64,000 nucleotides of DNA from Eledone cirrhosa. Lineage: Eukaryota. Both the position numbers and the translations under genes were made by a program. The notes beneath the pieces were generated by a model that saw only the letters and a program-made list of their open reading frames with translations, ran no database searches and was not told the origin of the DNA. The stretch's first letter is position 1, and each line of letters starts with the position of its first letter. Positions 27,717 to 40,767 of this stretch are shown piece after piece. Location of the stretch: positions 112,034,001-112,098,000 of the forward strand of contig OZ024741.1 in assembly GCA_964016885.1 (NCBI GenBank). Direction: 5' to 3'.

Positions 27717-28949
27717 AGATTCAGGACCCAGCCGTCTCGACAGCTAGATCCGGACTAAAGTGTCAGTATTCGAACGGCAGGAATCTAGCTGAACTTATCA
27801 AGGGTTACAGTCTAAATATGGGCATACAGTCGAAGGAAAGAATCTTTAAAAAAAATTTTTCTCCGATAGTAGTCAGTGATTTAAAAATTTTTTTTTTTTT
27901 ACCTTAGATCAAATGGATGGTTTAGTCCTGCTAAATGTTGTGTATTTTGTTAATTACATTCTTGGCGGCGAAGGGCTCGACAGGCCAAAATGCAAGGGGA
28001 AAGGGTTAGTAGACTAACTGACCTGAAGTGCCAAGCCATTCGGACGCGCACGCTATTAAGAGGGATTTTACCCATATCAACTATTTCCAAACAGTAGAAA
28101 TGTTATTGAGTTAAACTTCAATTCAAGAGGAAAAAAATCCAACGAGAGAAAATATAATTTCGGCGTATATAAGTCAAAGAGTGTTTATGTTTTTATTAGT
28201 TTGCTTTAACTTCATATCTTGCTTCAAAGGTAAGCATTTATAATTCATTGCTATTACTCCTCGTCATAGAGAAATCTAGTTGTCAATTGCTCTATGGCCC
28301 GGGAAGAGCGCTTCATTCACTAATTTACTTATTTTTTTATTTTACTTATTTTTAAACACCCATAAATCTACCCTTAATCTTAAAGATAGTACTAATTATT
28401 TCCTTTCTCGTACTGTTGTAAGTTAGCTAAGGTTCTATAGTAAAGTAAATTCCTCAAAGTGTCAATTTAACATGTATATGAAAGCCATCACCAAACATTG
28501 ACAAAAGGAAATAATAGAATTAAAGGTAAGCTAATAGCTTTCTTTAACAATTCTGACGCTATAGTTTGTGATGGTGCTTCCGCATTGGCATAATATAAGT
28601 TTATATGCCAGTATACGTTAGCTCTATATACCATGCCTGTCATAGCGGCGGTCTGGTAATGGCTACGAGTAAGTGTGTGCATCGTGCTTAAACTATAAGT
28701 AATAGGTCTAATAAAGTGTCATAGCTATCTGTTCGGCTGGTTCCATAGGGCAATATGTATAATTTAACAAAAATGAAAAAATTCTATTTCTACCTCAGGA
28801 AGTTTAGGAAATGTTTCCAATAATAAAAATATACAAAGTTTTACCTTAGTAGTGTTAAAAATAAAGAAACTATTCTATTTCTACCTAAAGTTGCTTGGAG
28901 TTTCCTCTATCTTCGTGTGTAAGTGGCAAGGATATTAAAGCCAAGATCT

Positions 28950-30707
28950 ACCCACCTGGGTCGTGAGTGGGATTTGAAGGTAAGATATGTTCTATATATT
29001 CTGTGTTTACACGAGGTCCTTTGCAAACAGTATGTGGATCGTTTCCTCCGAGCATAAATTGTACAAATGGCGTCCTCCCGAGTAAGATTTTGTCTTGGAA
29101 AGTAAGCTCCATGTTAGATGATAAGTAATATTGTTGTCTTGGAGGTCCCAAATATGGCCAGAGAGTGCTGTAGCATGTCGCCGGACGGGGTTTCTAAATG
29201 AATGTTGGTGTTGGTAGTACCGGGTCTTAAACACGCAGGCGGTTAATCCCAAGTAGGCCTTGTTGGAATGTTCCGTCCTCACGTTGCACTGGTAGACCAC
29301 GTTTCGTTCGAGGCATCTGTTGTAGACGGGGCACGATGATCTATCCAGACAGTTACAACTCCTAATTTGCTCACCGCTAATATCATTGGTGTTTCTATTA
29401 GAGGAGTTTTATATTTTTACTAAATTATTGGTAATGTTCCTTGGATGGTTGGAATAGCGGTGGATATAGTGTAAATTCTCGTTTGGTTTCCTGTAGGAGT
29501 AGTACAAATTGTTCGCAGGATTGAGTGTTACATCGGGAAAGTTAACACGGGTAAGAGACGTCTGTAGGGTGATTTTGAAACTCAAATCTCGGAAGAATTT
29601 GATGAGGTGTTTACGGACCGGGTCCGTGCTACTGGGGCATAACCTGTGAGGGTAACAAGTCCGTCATCTCTGTACAAACCATCTCCGAACGCAAGAAACT
29701 TTTCAACAGGTTTATGAAGTATGTATAGTCCTATAGGATCCGTCACCTCAGCCGAGTCAGTCGAACCTATACTGACGTCGAAAGGAGAGTCTGGAGCTCT
29801 TTTTATCCAAGTAGAGTTTTCGAAGAACAAGACAGTCTTCCTAGCGTGGAATATGATTTCAATTTCCTAGTTTGTAATGGATGTAATTATTTTGGCGTGA
29901 TCCAAAGCAGCCAAAAGGAGTGGTTGGGTTATCGATGTGTAGTTCTCGATATCAAACTGAATAAAAGAGGTATTCCCTTTAACCTCGATATTCTTAAACC
30001 AGGAGATGACTTCCTGCGTGCTAATCCAAAGGCTAAGCCTCGCGTTTTGATTCACTTTGGGTATAACGTGATCCAAGATCCTTTTACTGTTCTTCCCTTT
30101 ATCCAACTTCTTCGGGTTTATAAGCCTGGTGATTGGTTTGCGATCGAAGTCGGATTTATGGTCAATCAGGGTAAAACAAGGAGTACGAGGGTCGATAGGT
30201 TCTGTTCGATCGAATACTCCAAGGCTGGAGTTGATATTTTGTCTCTCCGTATTTATGTCGTGGATCAAGGAAGGGTTGTAATTTTTATAAGTTGAGGTCA
30301 AGCTATTCCTAATTAGTGAATGGTAATTGTCGGGTTGACGAATTTAAATTTCCAGTTTTGTCCGAATGCACAAGGATGTCGTTGGTACTTCTGTGCCCCG
30401 ATATTTTGCTACGGAGTTGTTGGAATGGATTTTTTCCAGATTTGAATTTTACTCCCTTGACCAGGTTGAAAAGGTCGGTTTCAAATTGCGAGAGCAAAGG
30501 GTTCGGTTGGGGAGATTTGTTGGTATTAAATCCATACGTATCCTTAAAGCCGATGACCTGTGTATCATGGCGTCTATCACAGAAGATGGCTCTCCATCGC
30601 AATCGTTTCTCGAAAGTGTCGATTTTCTGAGTGAGAGTGTGTAAGTAGAGTTTTCTCGGTGGAACTGGGATGTTCTTCTTCGAAAAGTCGATTGTATGTT
30701 TACCCAT
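28950..30707 (-). pseudogene. PLE reverse transcriptase plus C-terminal GIY-YIG endonuclease (frameshifted; possibly Hydra clade)
   Basis: FSKKNIP N-terminus, FIQFDIENY, FDVSIGSTDSAEV, GLYRDDGL, VYQC..AYLGLT..FKTRYYQHQHSF..LSGHIW..NLCSEE. Confidence 0.88.
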
Positions 30708-30907
30708 GGTGGGTGCAAAGGACTATTACGTAACAGGAGCTTGGTTATTAATGCCGGGATAGAAGTGTGGTATGGGTCGAAGAGTGCTCCACTACGAAAG
30801 TATGAGCTAAAGATCAGATAGGATGTGGTAAAATACCAGGTGGACCATAACTCACCAGAGTACTCGATACTTGGGATAGTAGATTGGGTAATATGAAAAG
30901 ATTCAGG

Positions 30908-31003
30908 ACCCCGACGACTGAACTCTGGCTGTTTCGACAGCTAGATCCGAACTAAAGCACCAGTATTCGAACGGCAGGAATCTAGTTGAACTAATGAAGG
31001 GGT
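30908..31003 (-). ncRNA. Hammerhead ribozyme with long stem II (core mutated in this copy)
   Basis: ACCCC-TTCATTA...GAAA-CAGC..GTCG-TC-GGGGT; stem I and GUC site intact. Confidence 0.55.
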
Positions 31004-31417
31004 ACAGTCCATATATGGGCATACAGTCAAAGCAAAAAATCTTAGAAGCTTGTTGTTTTGTTTTTCTCCGGGAGTGGTCAGTGAACTGGGGGGTGGGGTT
31101 TACCTTAGATCAAATGTGTAGTCCTGCTAAATGTTATGTATTTTATTATTACATTCTTGGCGGTGAGGGGCTAGACAGGCCAGAATGCAAGGGGAAAGGG
31201 TTAGTAGACTAACTGACCTGAAAGTGCTAAGCCAGTCGGGCGCGCACGCGCGTTATTAAGAGAGATTTTATCCTTATCAACTATTTCCAAGCTGTAGAAA
31301 TGTTATTGTGCTAAACTTTAATTCAGGAGACGAAAAAACCCAATGAGAGAGAATATAATTTCGGCGTATATAAGTCAAAGGGTATTTATGTTTTTGTTAA
31401 TTTGCTTTATGCGCTAT

Positions 31418-31513
31418 ACCCGTTGATAAGTCCAGCTAGATTCTCGCCGTTCGAATACTGGCGCTTTAGTTCGGATCTAGCTGTCGAAACGGCCGGATCT
31501 CAGCCGTTGAGGT
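31418..31513 (+). ncRNA. Hammerhead ribozyme, U3-A8 core variant, ~56-nt stem II domain
   Basis: ACCCG-TTGATAA-gtcCAGCTAGAT...ATCTAGCTGtc-GAAA-CGGCcggatctcaGCCG-TT-GAGGT; TTGATAA also in the copy at 27726-27805 (-). Confidence 0.65.
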
Positions 31514-31606
31514 CCTGAATCTTTACATATTACCCCCGCTACTACCCCAAGTATCGAGAACTCTGGTGGATTATGGTCCACCTGGTATTTTACTACACCC
31601 TATCTG

Positions 31607-31651
<45 letters not shown>

Positions 31652-31656
<5 letters not shown>

Positions 31657-31769
31657 GTAGAACACTGGAAGGTAATATCCGTAGGGATGAGTTAGTTACA
31701 CAACAGTTAGTTCACCATACCGAGAACAATTGTTTCACCTTAGCGGATCCTTCCTCAGCTGAGGATCCG

Positions 31770-31772
<3 letters not shown>
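31652..31772 (-). mobile_element. 120-bp mini fold-back element with HHR-like motif
   Basis: Reverse strand AG-CTGAGGA-aggatccgctaaggt-GAAA-CAATTG-TT-CTCGG; short terminal inversion; (TA)n flanks. Confidence 0.65.
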
Positions 31773-31812
<40 letters not shown>

Positions 31813-31815
<3 letters not shown>

Positions 31816-32008
31816 CAAAGGAAATGTGGTAAGGAACCAGATGGACCATAACGCACCAGAGTACTCAATACTTAGGGTAGTAGAGTGGGAAATAGGAAAA
31901 AAGTATGACCCCGGCGGCAGAGCTCAAGCCGTTTCGACGGCTATTTCTGGAGTCCAGAAATAGCCGTCGAAACGGCTTGAGCTCTGCCGTCGGGGTCATA
32001 CTTTTTCC

Positions 32009-32010
<2 letters not shown>
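31813..32010. mobile_element. Mini fold-back element, family C copy 2
   Basis: ~60-bp arms around TTTCTGGA-G-TCCAGAAA; HHR 3' half GAAACGGC..GCCGTC-GGGGT. Confidence 0.88.
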
Positions 32011-32039
<29 letters not shown>

Positions 32040-32219
32040 TAGCATGGTATAGCAAGCCACATAGCACACTGGTGTAGTTCCTTTATTTTCCTCGGAAGAT
32101 ATATTATTCTCGAAATATAAAAACATGAATAAATTAAGGTAAGCAAATAAGCCCTGTTTCTTGCGATTTCATTATTCTCCGTCTAAACCTGAATTGTCGT
32201 GGCTTTCAAATTTCGAATT

Positions 32220-32259
<40 letters not shown>

Positions 32260-32263
<4 letters not shown>

Positions 32264-32446
32264 CAAAGGAATCGTGGTAAGGAACCAGATGGACCATAAC
32301 GCACCAGAGTACTCAATACTTAGGGTAGTAGACTGGGAAATAGGAAAAAATATGACCCCGACGGCAGAGCTCAAGCCGTTTCGACGAGTCCAGAAATAGC
32401 CGTCGAAACGGCTTGAGCTCTGCCGTCGGGGTCATACTTTTTCCTA
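32260..32446. mobile_element. Mini fold-back element, family C copy 3
   Basis: Same inversion junction as 20508-20692. Confidence 0.88.
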
Positions 32447-32899
32447 TTATATATATATATATATATATACATATGGGATGGGGATGGAAAGAAACTCCCT
32501 ATTGAAAATTACTTTTGGCCTACTACATCCACTTATCAATGACCTCATATTCATTCAAGATGAGCCCCTCCATGAGTGGCTTGATGTCTAATTTCCAGGA
32601 TGTTAGCTGGGTCATCGAAGTCTGCACGGATGACCAGCAAGAGGCCTTGACTTAACACCGTGAGATTTCGTGAGGGCGAAAGAAGAAGTTTATAGCTCAA
32701 CACCAAGATCTCTGACTCGATTGGAGGAACGCATTTGTTATGTACTAACCAGAATACAGACTGAGTTCCTGATGAAGTCAATCGTGGTTACACCCAGACG
32801 AATACAAATATTAGGAGACAACGCTGGTACCAATGTTTAATTTTAAATCTGTTCTGTGCTGCCCGTTCAAAGGACGGACGCCATGCTTGCTTTGCAGCA

Positions 32900-33040
32900 T
32901 AGAGTTACAGCACTTTACGGTCTAAGTTCGAATTCCACCGAGGTTAACTTTGCCTTTCATCCTTACGGGGTCGATAAGATAAAGCACTAGTAATACACTG
33001 GGGTAATTGCTGGCCTTGTGCCAAAAGTAGAAACAATTAT
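32900..33040 (+). mobile_element. SINE
   Basis: GAGGTTAACTTTGCCTTTCATCC...GTAGAAACAATT body. Confidence 0.7.
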
Positions 33041-33079
33041 TCTGTTCAAAATAAAACATGTACTATGAAAATAGACTAA

Positions 33080-33738
33080 TCTATATATATAAAGCTGTGG
33101 TTGTCTGTCTGTCTATCGATTTTTGGCACACATCTCCTCTTAGAATCTCTGACGGAATTGCACCGAAATTGCTATACTTGTACATTGAGCCCTAGCGAAG
33201 ACATCGGAAAAAAAATATTTCAAATTGACCCACCCTATGTGACGAAATCGAATCTAATGTATCGATTTTTGAGCGTAAGTGACGAGTTATTTCCCTTTGT
33301 TCTGTTTACATTGAGCGTCTACGTTCTGTTTACATTTTCTGCGTGCAAAAATTAAAAAAATTACGCTGGCTTTCTCAGCGTTTAAAATGACATTAACACA
33401 ATACACGAACAGTTGTCGAGACAGCAAAATTTTGACCTGCAAAATTCATCAGTTCGAACACTAAGCTTCCGTTTTGCTTCATTTCCATTTAAAAGCCTTT
33501 TAAAACAATATTTTTACTTGAAAACAAGTCTATTTAAAGACTACGTAAAACAAGCAAATATTTCGTAAAAAAAAGCAAAAATTATATAAGTTTATTTAAA
33601 ATATATGTATCTGTAAATTTCGTTAGGCGTGCAGACAGACAGTCGTGCAGACAGACATTAAGCCAAAAAAGAAACTTAACATTGTAACTTTAACACAGCT
33701 ACTGAGCGACCCCGAGCAACGCCGGGCTTTACTGCTAG
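33080..33738 (+). mobile_element. Non-autonomous Helitron
   Basis: A|TCTATATATATAAA 5' end; subterminal hairpin CCCGAGCAACGCCGGG; CTAG|T 3' end; inserted in an AT dinucleotide with no TSD. Confidence 0.8.
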
Positions 33739-33790
33739 TACGTAATAAAGTTATAACAATTTTAAATAAGGAGTTTCTTTCCATCCACTT

Positions 33791-33844
<54 letters not shown>

Positions 33845-33996
33845 TATATACATATATTTATTTATTTATTGAGATAAGAATATATAGAGTGTATATATTG
33901 ATATGTTAGCCGATTATATTCGCTTGCTGTCTCGATTTGTTTCTCAGTTTGAATTTATAAACGCACGCACACGCACAAACACGCACGCTACGCACG

Positions 33997-34059
<63 letters not shown>

Positions 34060-34572
34060 TACATATATATATATATATATAAATATCGCTCGTTGCCGAT
34101 CCTTTTCTAGATATATTTCCATTAAATTCTAACATAATTGTAGTTGAAGTTATCCCCCTTCATATGTTAAATTGATTTACTTATAATGGCTTATGTTCTT
34201 AGTATTTTTTTTATATTTTATATATCGTATTACTTAGAGAACCAGTAAAAATATTTTTTAATTTTTAAATTATCTTAGTTTTCACCTCCATTGTAATAAA
34301 CCTTATTTTTTTTTTTTACCCTTCATGCAATAATCTTTCTGGATCAATCCTTTCATGTACTCACGTATGAAATATTTTATTGATTTTATTATTTCAAATA
34401 ATCAATAGCGTTCTTGCATGACATCATGAATAACCGGTCATTGTTATAGACTTTCATTAAAAATATATATATATTGTTTTTTTCTTTTTACTATATTGTC
34501 TTTGAATAAGTATTAGTTTAAATAACTATTTGTATTGAAACATTTGTAAGTATTAAATCTATTCTCTGAAGT

Positions 34573-34649
<77 letters not shown>

Positions 34650-34869
34650 TAAAAAGGAAAAGAGAATGCTGACAAATTTTTCCCAGTGAAAAATAGTTTA
34701 ATTAGGAATAAGTATAAATTAGTAATAAGTATTAGTTAGTATTGAGTTTTAGTTTTAAGTTTTTACCGGTTGCGCATTTCTTATGCAACCAGTGTGTGTG
34801 TGTGTGTGTGTGTATCTATATATACAGACATGATAAGTAGAAGAAAATTGTCCGCGTGTACGTTTTGTG

Positions 34870-35595
34870 CCACACAATCTTTATTTTTAAACCGATCAAT
34901 GTCTGCAAAGACAATAAGACCCTAATGGGAGTCTTACCCACTCTGAACGACTGAAGAAGCGTACATAGAAAGTTATCGTTATGGTCCAAGAGTCTGTTGA
35001 ACAGAGCTCAAAACGATCGTTGTGCAGGAGAAGCCAATCCTTAGGTCTTTACACAGAAGCGTGCAAAGGGGTTGTCAAAAAGCATTTTAAGAAGTACCGT
35101 GCAGAATACAAACTAAACGAAAGCTTACTGTAGTTGATAAGATTTAAAGAAAGGCTATGGCTGAGAAAATGCTGGATAAGATCGAATAGAACCCAAATTT
35201 TCTGCATCTGCTGTAGAACTCTGATGAAGCTTACTTTCAGAGAAGGGAAGGTAAACTCTTCGAAAAATGTGTTCTGAGGTCAGAGAAACCTGCTGGCGTG
35301 GCTGTGAAATCTCTATACTCGGCTATATGTACCGTTCTGGCCGCCATTTCTGAGAGAGAGAGTTGATTAGCCAATTCTTCATCGAAGAAAATGGCATCAC
35401 TGCTACAGTCATAAAGGAATGCTATATGGAGGTCCGGGAAGACTTCAAAAAGGAGATTCATACATTGTACTCATTTTTAATGAATAAGCTTTGGTTCCAG
35501 CAAGACGGAATAAGCCCTCAAAACTTCAATGACTTACCAGAGTGGCTAAAATGTAACTTTGGAAATCGTGCGATTTATCACACCACTGATTAAAA
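34870..35595 (+). pseudogene. Tc1/mariner transposase relic
   Basis: SDEAYF near 35220; LWFQQDG and WLKCNFGNRAI in ORF 35363-35593. Confidence 0.7.
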
Positions 35596-35664
35596 ACCTT
35601 GAAACCTAAGGTAGCACAACACATGTTACGTGTATGAATATTAATAAATACTATATATATATGC

Positions 35665-35695
<31 letters not shown>

Positions 35696-35702
35696 TGTGT
35701 GT

Positions 35703-35771
<69 letters not shown>

Positions 35772-35869
35772 TGTGCGTGCGTGTGTGCGTGTGTGTGCCT
35801 GTGTGAATGCATGTAGAAATAATAACAAATGCTCACTCGAATCACATTCTACTACATTATCTCATGTAG

Positions 35870-36035
35870 ATTGGCAGTATCGGTAGAGAGTCGGACGCCA
35901 TGCTTTCCAGCATAGTTACGTCCCTTTACGATCTGAGTTCAAATCCCGCCGAGGTTGACTTTGCCTTGCATCCTTACAGGGTCGATAAAATACACTGGGT
36001 AATTGCTGGCCTTGTGCCTAAAGTAGAAACAATTA
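35870..36035 (+). mobile_element. SINE
   Basis: Closely matches 48135-48310. Confidence 0.75.
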
Positions 36036-36849
36036 TCTCATGTATTCAGACGTTTTACCCATCTGGCCAATATAGTCACTAAAGGTAACGACAAATGTGC
36101 ATTCATTCACTGCTTGATTCAAGACTACCCTTTTTTTAAATTTTACAACCATCAATCGGCCGTGAACTCCTGATGGAGTCATCGGGGCGCCGTTTTGATA
36201 AACGGCGTGTCTTGGTCATTTTCTCCAGGTCCGAAAACACATAATTTCTCCAGAGAGGGATAGATCGTGGGCAGGGTAGCAAGTGAGAATGATATATAGA
36301 GGAAGAATCGACGTCAGTACTGTACTGGGACATGATTTATCGACCTCGATAAAGTTGACTTCAGGTTTAAACTCAAAGTGCAAGAACGAATACTACAAGG
36401 TATTCTATATTACGTTCTAACAACTCTGCCAATTTACCGCTCTTTATAAATTTAATCAACTATGATGATTTTATTTATTGGGGAATTTTATTATACAATT
36501 AAAAATAAGATACATGTAAATTGGAATTGAAACTTCGTTCGTCGTTAATTCAATGAAAACTTGAGAGCAACTTATATATATTTGACTCTTTCGACATTGA
36601 TGGTTTATAAAAGGTGAGCTGAGGTGGTGAAACTATTCCGGTTTCTGTGCTTTGAATTCTAATTCCGTCTAGATAAAAGTTGCGTTTTATCTCTTTGGGG
36701 CCGATATACAAATTCCCAGTCAAGTACTCTGGTCAATTCTAATTTGTTTTTCTATGATCAGCTCTTTCTCTCCCCTTCCTTTCTCAAACTCTTTCCGTCT
36801 CACCTAATATGATGATGTCGTCCCTACGACTCCAACATCAGATATATAT

Positions 36850-37480
36850 GTATATTAAGTAGTACGCTAAGCAGCTGGAGGGTGCGATAAAGTTGTATCT
36901 GTATATAAACAGAGTGGGTAACCAAGACTGCGCTAATGCCATAAAATAGGAATTTTCTCGAAAATTGAAAAAAATGATAACTAGGTTCGGAAATGGATTA
37001 AAGGTGTTTATAATTTTTTTTTTTTCACTTTACTGAGGAATTCGTATTTCTGGCATGTTTACACGTCGACGGATTAAAAATGTGTATATTTATATACACA
37101 TTTGCGCAGTCTCTGTTACCTACTATGTATATACACCGATATAACTTTATCGTAGACTTCGGCTACCTTGGGCGCTTCTTACTATATATCTTAATTAAGT
37201 TCGAATACAAGCACTAATTATATGCAAATTATTACGTCCATTTCAGAATGCTACTAAGCGAATGGGTATATAAACTCATCAAATACATGTTACCTTGTTG
37301 TTTTAATGTTATACACAAGGATCCAAGTGTGCCCGAAAATGGATTAAAGGTGTTTATCAATTGTTCAATTTATAGGGAAGTTCGTATTTATATACACGTT
37401 GGTGCAGTCACGGTTACTGTCTCCGTATATATACAGATATAACTTTATTGTACGCTTCGGCCGTTAGCACACTTCTTAAC
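36850..37480. mobile_element. Old inverted-plus-tandem repeat complex (PLE-style)
   Basis: 36855-36935 inverted relative to 37100-37185; 36988-37185 repeated directly at 37333-37480. Confidence 0.5.
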
Positions 37481-38090
37481 ACACACATACACGCGCGCGT
37501 GTATATATATATTTATATATACACACATTTACTTATAATATATAGATACACACACACACGCATATATATATATATATATATATAATATGGGTACATACAC
37601 ACACACACATATATATGCGTGTGTGTGTATGTGTAAAAGTAAATTATATATCTAGGATGCCCATCAATGCTTTGAGATATGAAACAATCCAACTGGAACT
37701 AACAAACTATGGCTGCACTTCGTTCGGCTTCTAGAAAATGTGAGCAATCTTATCATACAAACTCCAAAAATGGAACCCCGCAGCAAGGAATATAAAATGT
37801 CTGCGATTTAATGGATGGTTGAACGGTCATCCAAGACAATGGCCGTTAGAGATAAGAAAGATGTCAATTTTGCTTTCTCTGTTAACTAACTCGTCGCCAG
37901 GAAAGTGTCCGATCAAATAAACGATGCATCTAAAAAGGAAAATGATATGTGTGTACTCATACACCCACACATTCACACACACACGCACATAACACACACA
38001 TACGCATATATATAAATATATATACGATAATATATACACATACATATACATACATACATACATACATACATACATACATACATGCATATA

Positions 38091-38135
<45 letters not shown>

Positions 38136-38345
38136 GTAAATGGAAAAAATGAAATACTTACATACTTATATTTATATATATGTATATCTTACGTTAACTA
38201 TTTTCCCATTTTGACGCTATAGTCTATTATATATTATGGAATACTATTTACAATAATTTCTATACTTTTCATTTATATATATATATATATATATATATGA
38301 TCCAACATATACGTACTCACATATGTACACACACACATATATATG

Positions 38346-38410
<65 letters not shown>

Positions 38411-39659
38411 ATATGTGAGTACGTATACGTTGGATCATATAAAGTTCTCGTACTACAGTTTTATGTAAGATATGAATGTGTGGTATGTGATTATGTGATT
38501 TTCTCACAGTCACACATCCCTCAGCTTATTTACCGTAATTGATCAGCCGAAAGAAATAATTAAATAGAACAAAAAATAAATAATTAAATAAATTAATGCA
38601 GGAGAATTTCTCAGTCTTGTATAGTTTAATGTTATACGTGTTACTATGTATGGCTAAATTACGGTCCTTTGTATTCTGATTTCAAATCTCGCAGAGATCC
38701 ACTTTGTCTGTATTCCCCCGGGATCGATGAAATAAAGTACCTGTTTAGTTTTGGGTCGATATAATTCCTACAAATTACTGGCATGGCTTTGCTTCTAAAT
38801 TAGAAAAATATATTAAAAATTAATTATCTTCTGTCTTCATTCCAAATGATCCCCATTTGAATCCACGAATTCTTTGAGGCGCTTGGTGAAGTGTAGCATA
38901 ATGTCTTTACAAACAAACCTAGGGATGAATCTGATGAATTTTGATTTTTTTTCTTTATATTTAGTGAGGATCCTGGCTTTGTTGACATCTGTGAGTAATC
39001 AACAACACTCGGTTCCGCTTAATTGCATAATGTGGTTAAAACACCGATTTTTAGCGTCGAAACTATGCGACATTTACCTTTTAATTGCCTATAAAAATAT
39101 CAATTTTGGTTGATTCCAGTCAATTCTGTTTCATTGCATGATTTTGTTACAACACTGAACTGTTTAGCACAAAATATGACATTGTCTTGGCCATCATAGA
39201 CCCGGATGAGTCCATTCCTCCGTAGATCTGAACATAGCCGAAATCTTACCGAGAGTAAATGATAGAGAGGAATAGAAAAAGGATACAAAGGGAGAGAAAG
39301 ACTCGAGTAGTATTCAATATATCGAACTCTGTACCTTTCAAAATCCGGCTGAATACTCTAAACTATTGAATTAAACGACCCCTGAAAACAATTTTCGTCT
39401 TAAAATAAAAAGTTTAACAAACAACTTGGATGTAAATAACATTTCGAAAATATTGATGACATGATAAGCGTACAAGAGCCTCCGTCGCACTAACTAAGGA
39501 GAGAGCTGGACATAGAAGGAATAGACTTGAGAATATGTGAACACGAACCTCCGTCGCAAGGTCTCAAGAGACAGCTGAACATAGGTTGTATCGATTACAT
39601 GATAAGAGTACAAGAGCCTCCGTCGCACTAATTGAGGAGACAACAGAGAGAGGTAACAC

Positions 39660-40233
39660 ACACACATATAGAAACAAACATACACACATATACAAACATA
39701 CACACACACATAAAAACATACACACATATACAAACATACACAATCACATAAAAACATACACACATATACAAACATACACACACACATAAAAACATACACA
39801 CATATACAAACATACACAATCACATAAAAACATATACAAACATACACACACACATAAAAACACACACACATATACAAACATACACACACACATAAAAACA
39901 TACACACATATACAAACATACACAATCACATAAAAACATACACACATATACAAACATACACAATCACATAAAAACATACACACATATACAAACATACACA
40001 CACACATAAAAACATACACACATATACAAACATACACACACACATAAAAACATACACACATATACAAACATACACACACACATAAAAACATACACACATA
40101 TACAAACATACACACACATAAAAACATACACACATATACAAACATACACACACACATAAAAACATACACACATATACAAACATACACACACACATAAAAA
40201 CATACACACATATACAAACATACACAATCACAC
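39660..40233. repeat. ~34-bp CA-rich minisatellite
   Basis: Unit CACATAAAAACATACACACATATACAAACATACA(CA)n in tandem. Confidence 0.9.
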
Positions 40234-40714
40234 AGGTAATCAAATGTGGATTCTAATGAGATTTAATTTTAGACGGGACACACACACAAACAACAAAGGG
40301 AAAAGCGTAAGAGGGGGGGGGGGGTAACATACACACACATACAAACATACACATACACACAGGTAATCAACATTTTGGGATAATTAATAACCGTGAAACA
40401 TTCTCCTTGGGGCGCAGATTTCAAAGATCAAAACCGACCATCTCCTTGACTGGAACTGGCATGCATGATTTATCTGCATAGAGATATATACCGAGAGGGA
40501 AAAACGTAAAAGACAGAGATAGACAGATAGAGAGAGGTAACATGTACACATAGACACAAACATAAATTGACCCAATTAATAAAACAATCCGCCCTCATCG
40601 ATGGCACTATGCTTCGGGAGAGACATGGTCTGGTATGGAATAAAAAGAAAGTTGAAATAAAGGCATACTATAGCGATTATTGCCCGGCAACGACGGGCTA
40701 CTCAGCTAGTGTGT

Positions 40715-40767
<53 letters not shown>

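Larger units (their letters stand above)
27711..31610 (-). mobile_element. Near-complete decayed Penelope-like retroelement with direct and inverted pseudo-LTRs
   Basis: Direct repeats ~27711-28210 and ~30893-31410; inverted copy ~31410-31610 of ~30815-31010; internal RT plus GIY-YIG; (TA)n at both ends. Confidence 0.88.

Noticed and set aside
32765-32818. GTTC-CTGATGA-AGTC..GAC-GAAT HHR-like motif
   Set aside because: GAAT instead of GAAA, no convincing stem III, and no second copy
35221-35240. CTGATGA motif
   Set aside because: Encodes the SDEA motif of the mariner relic
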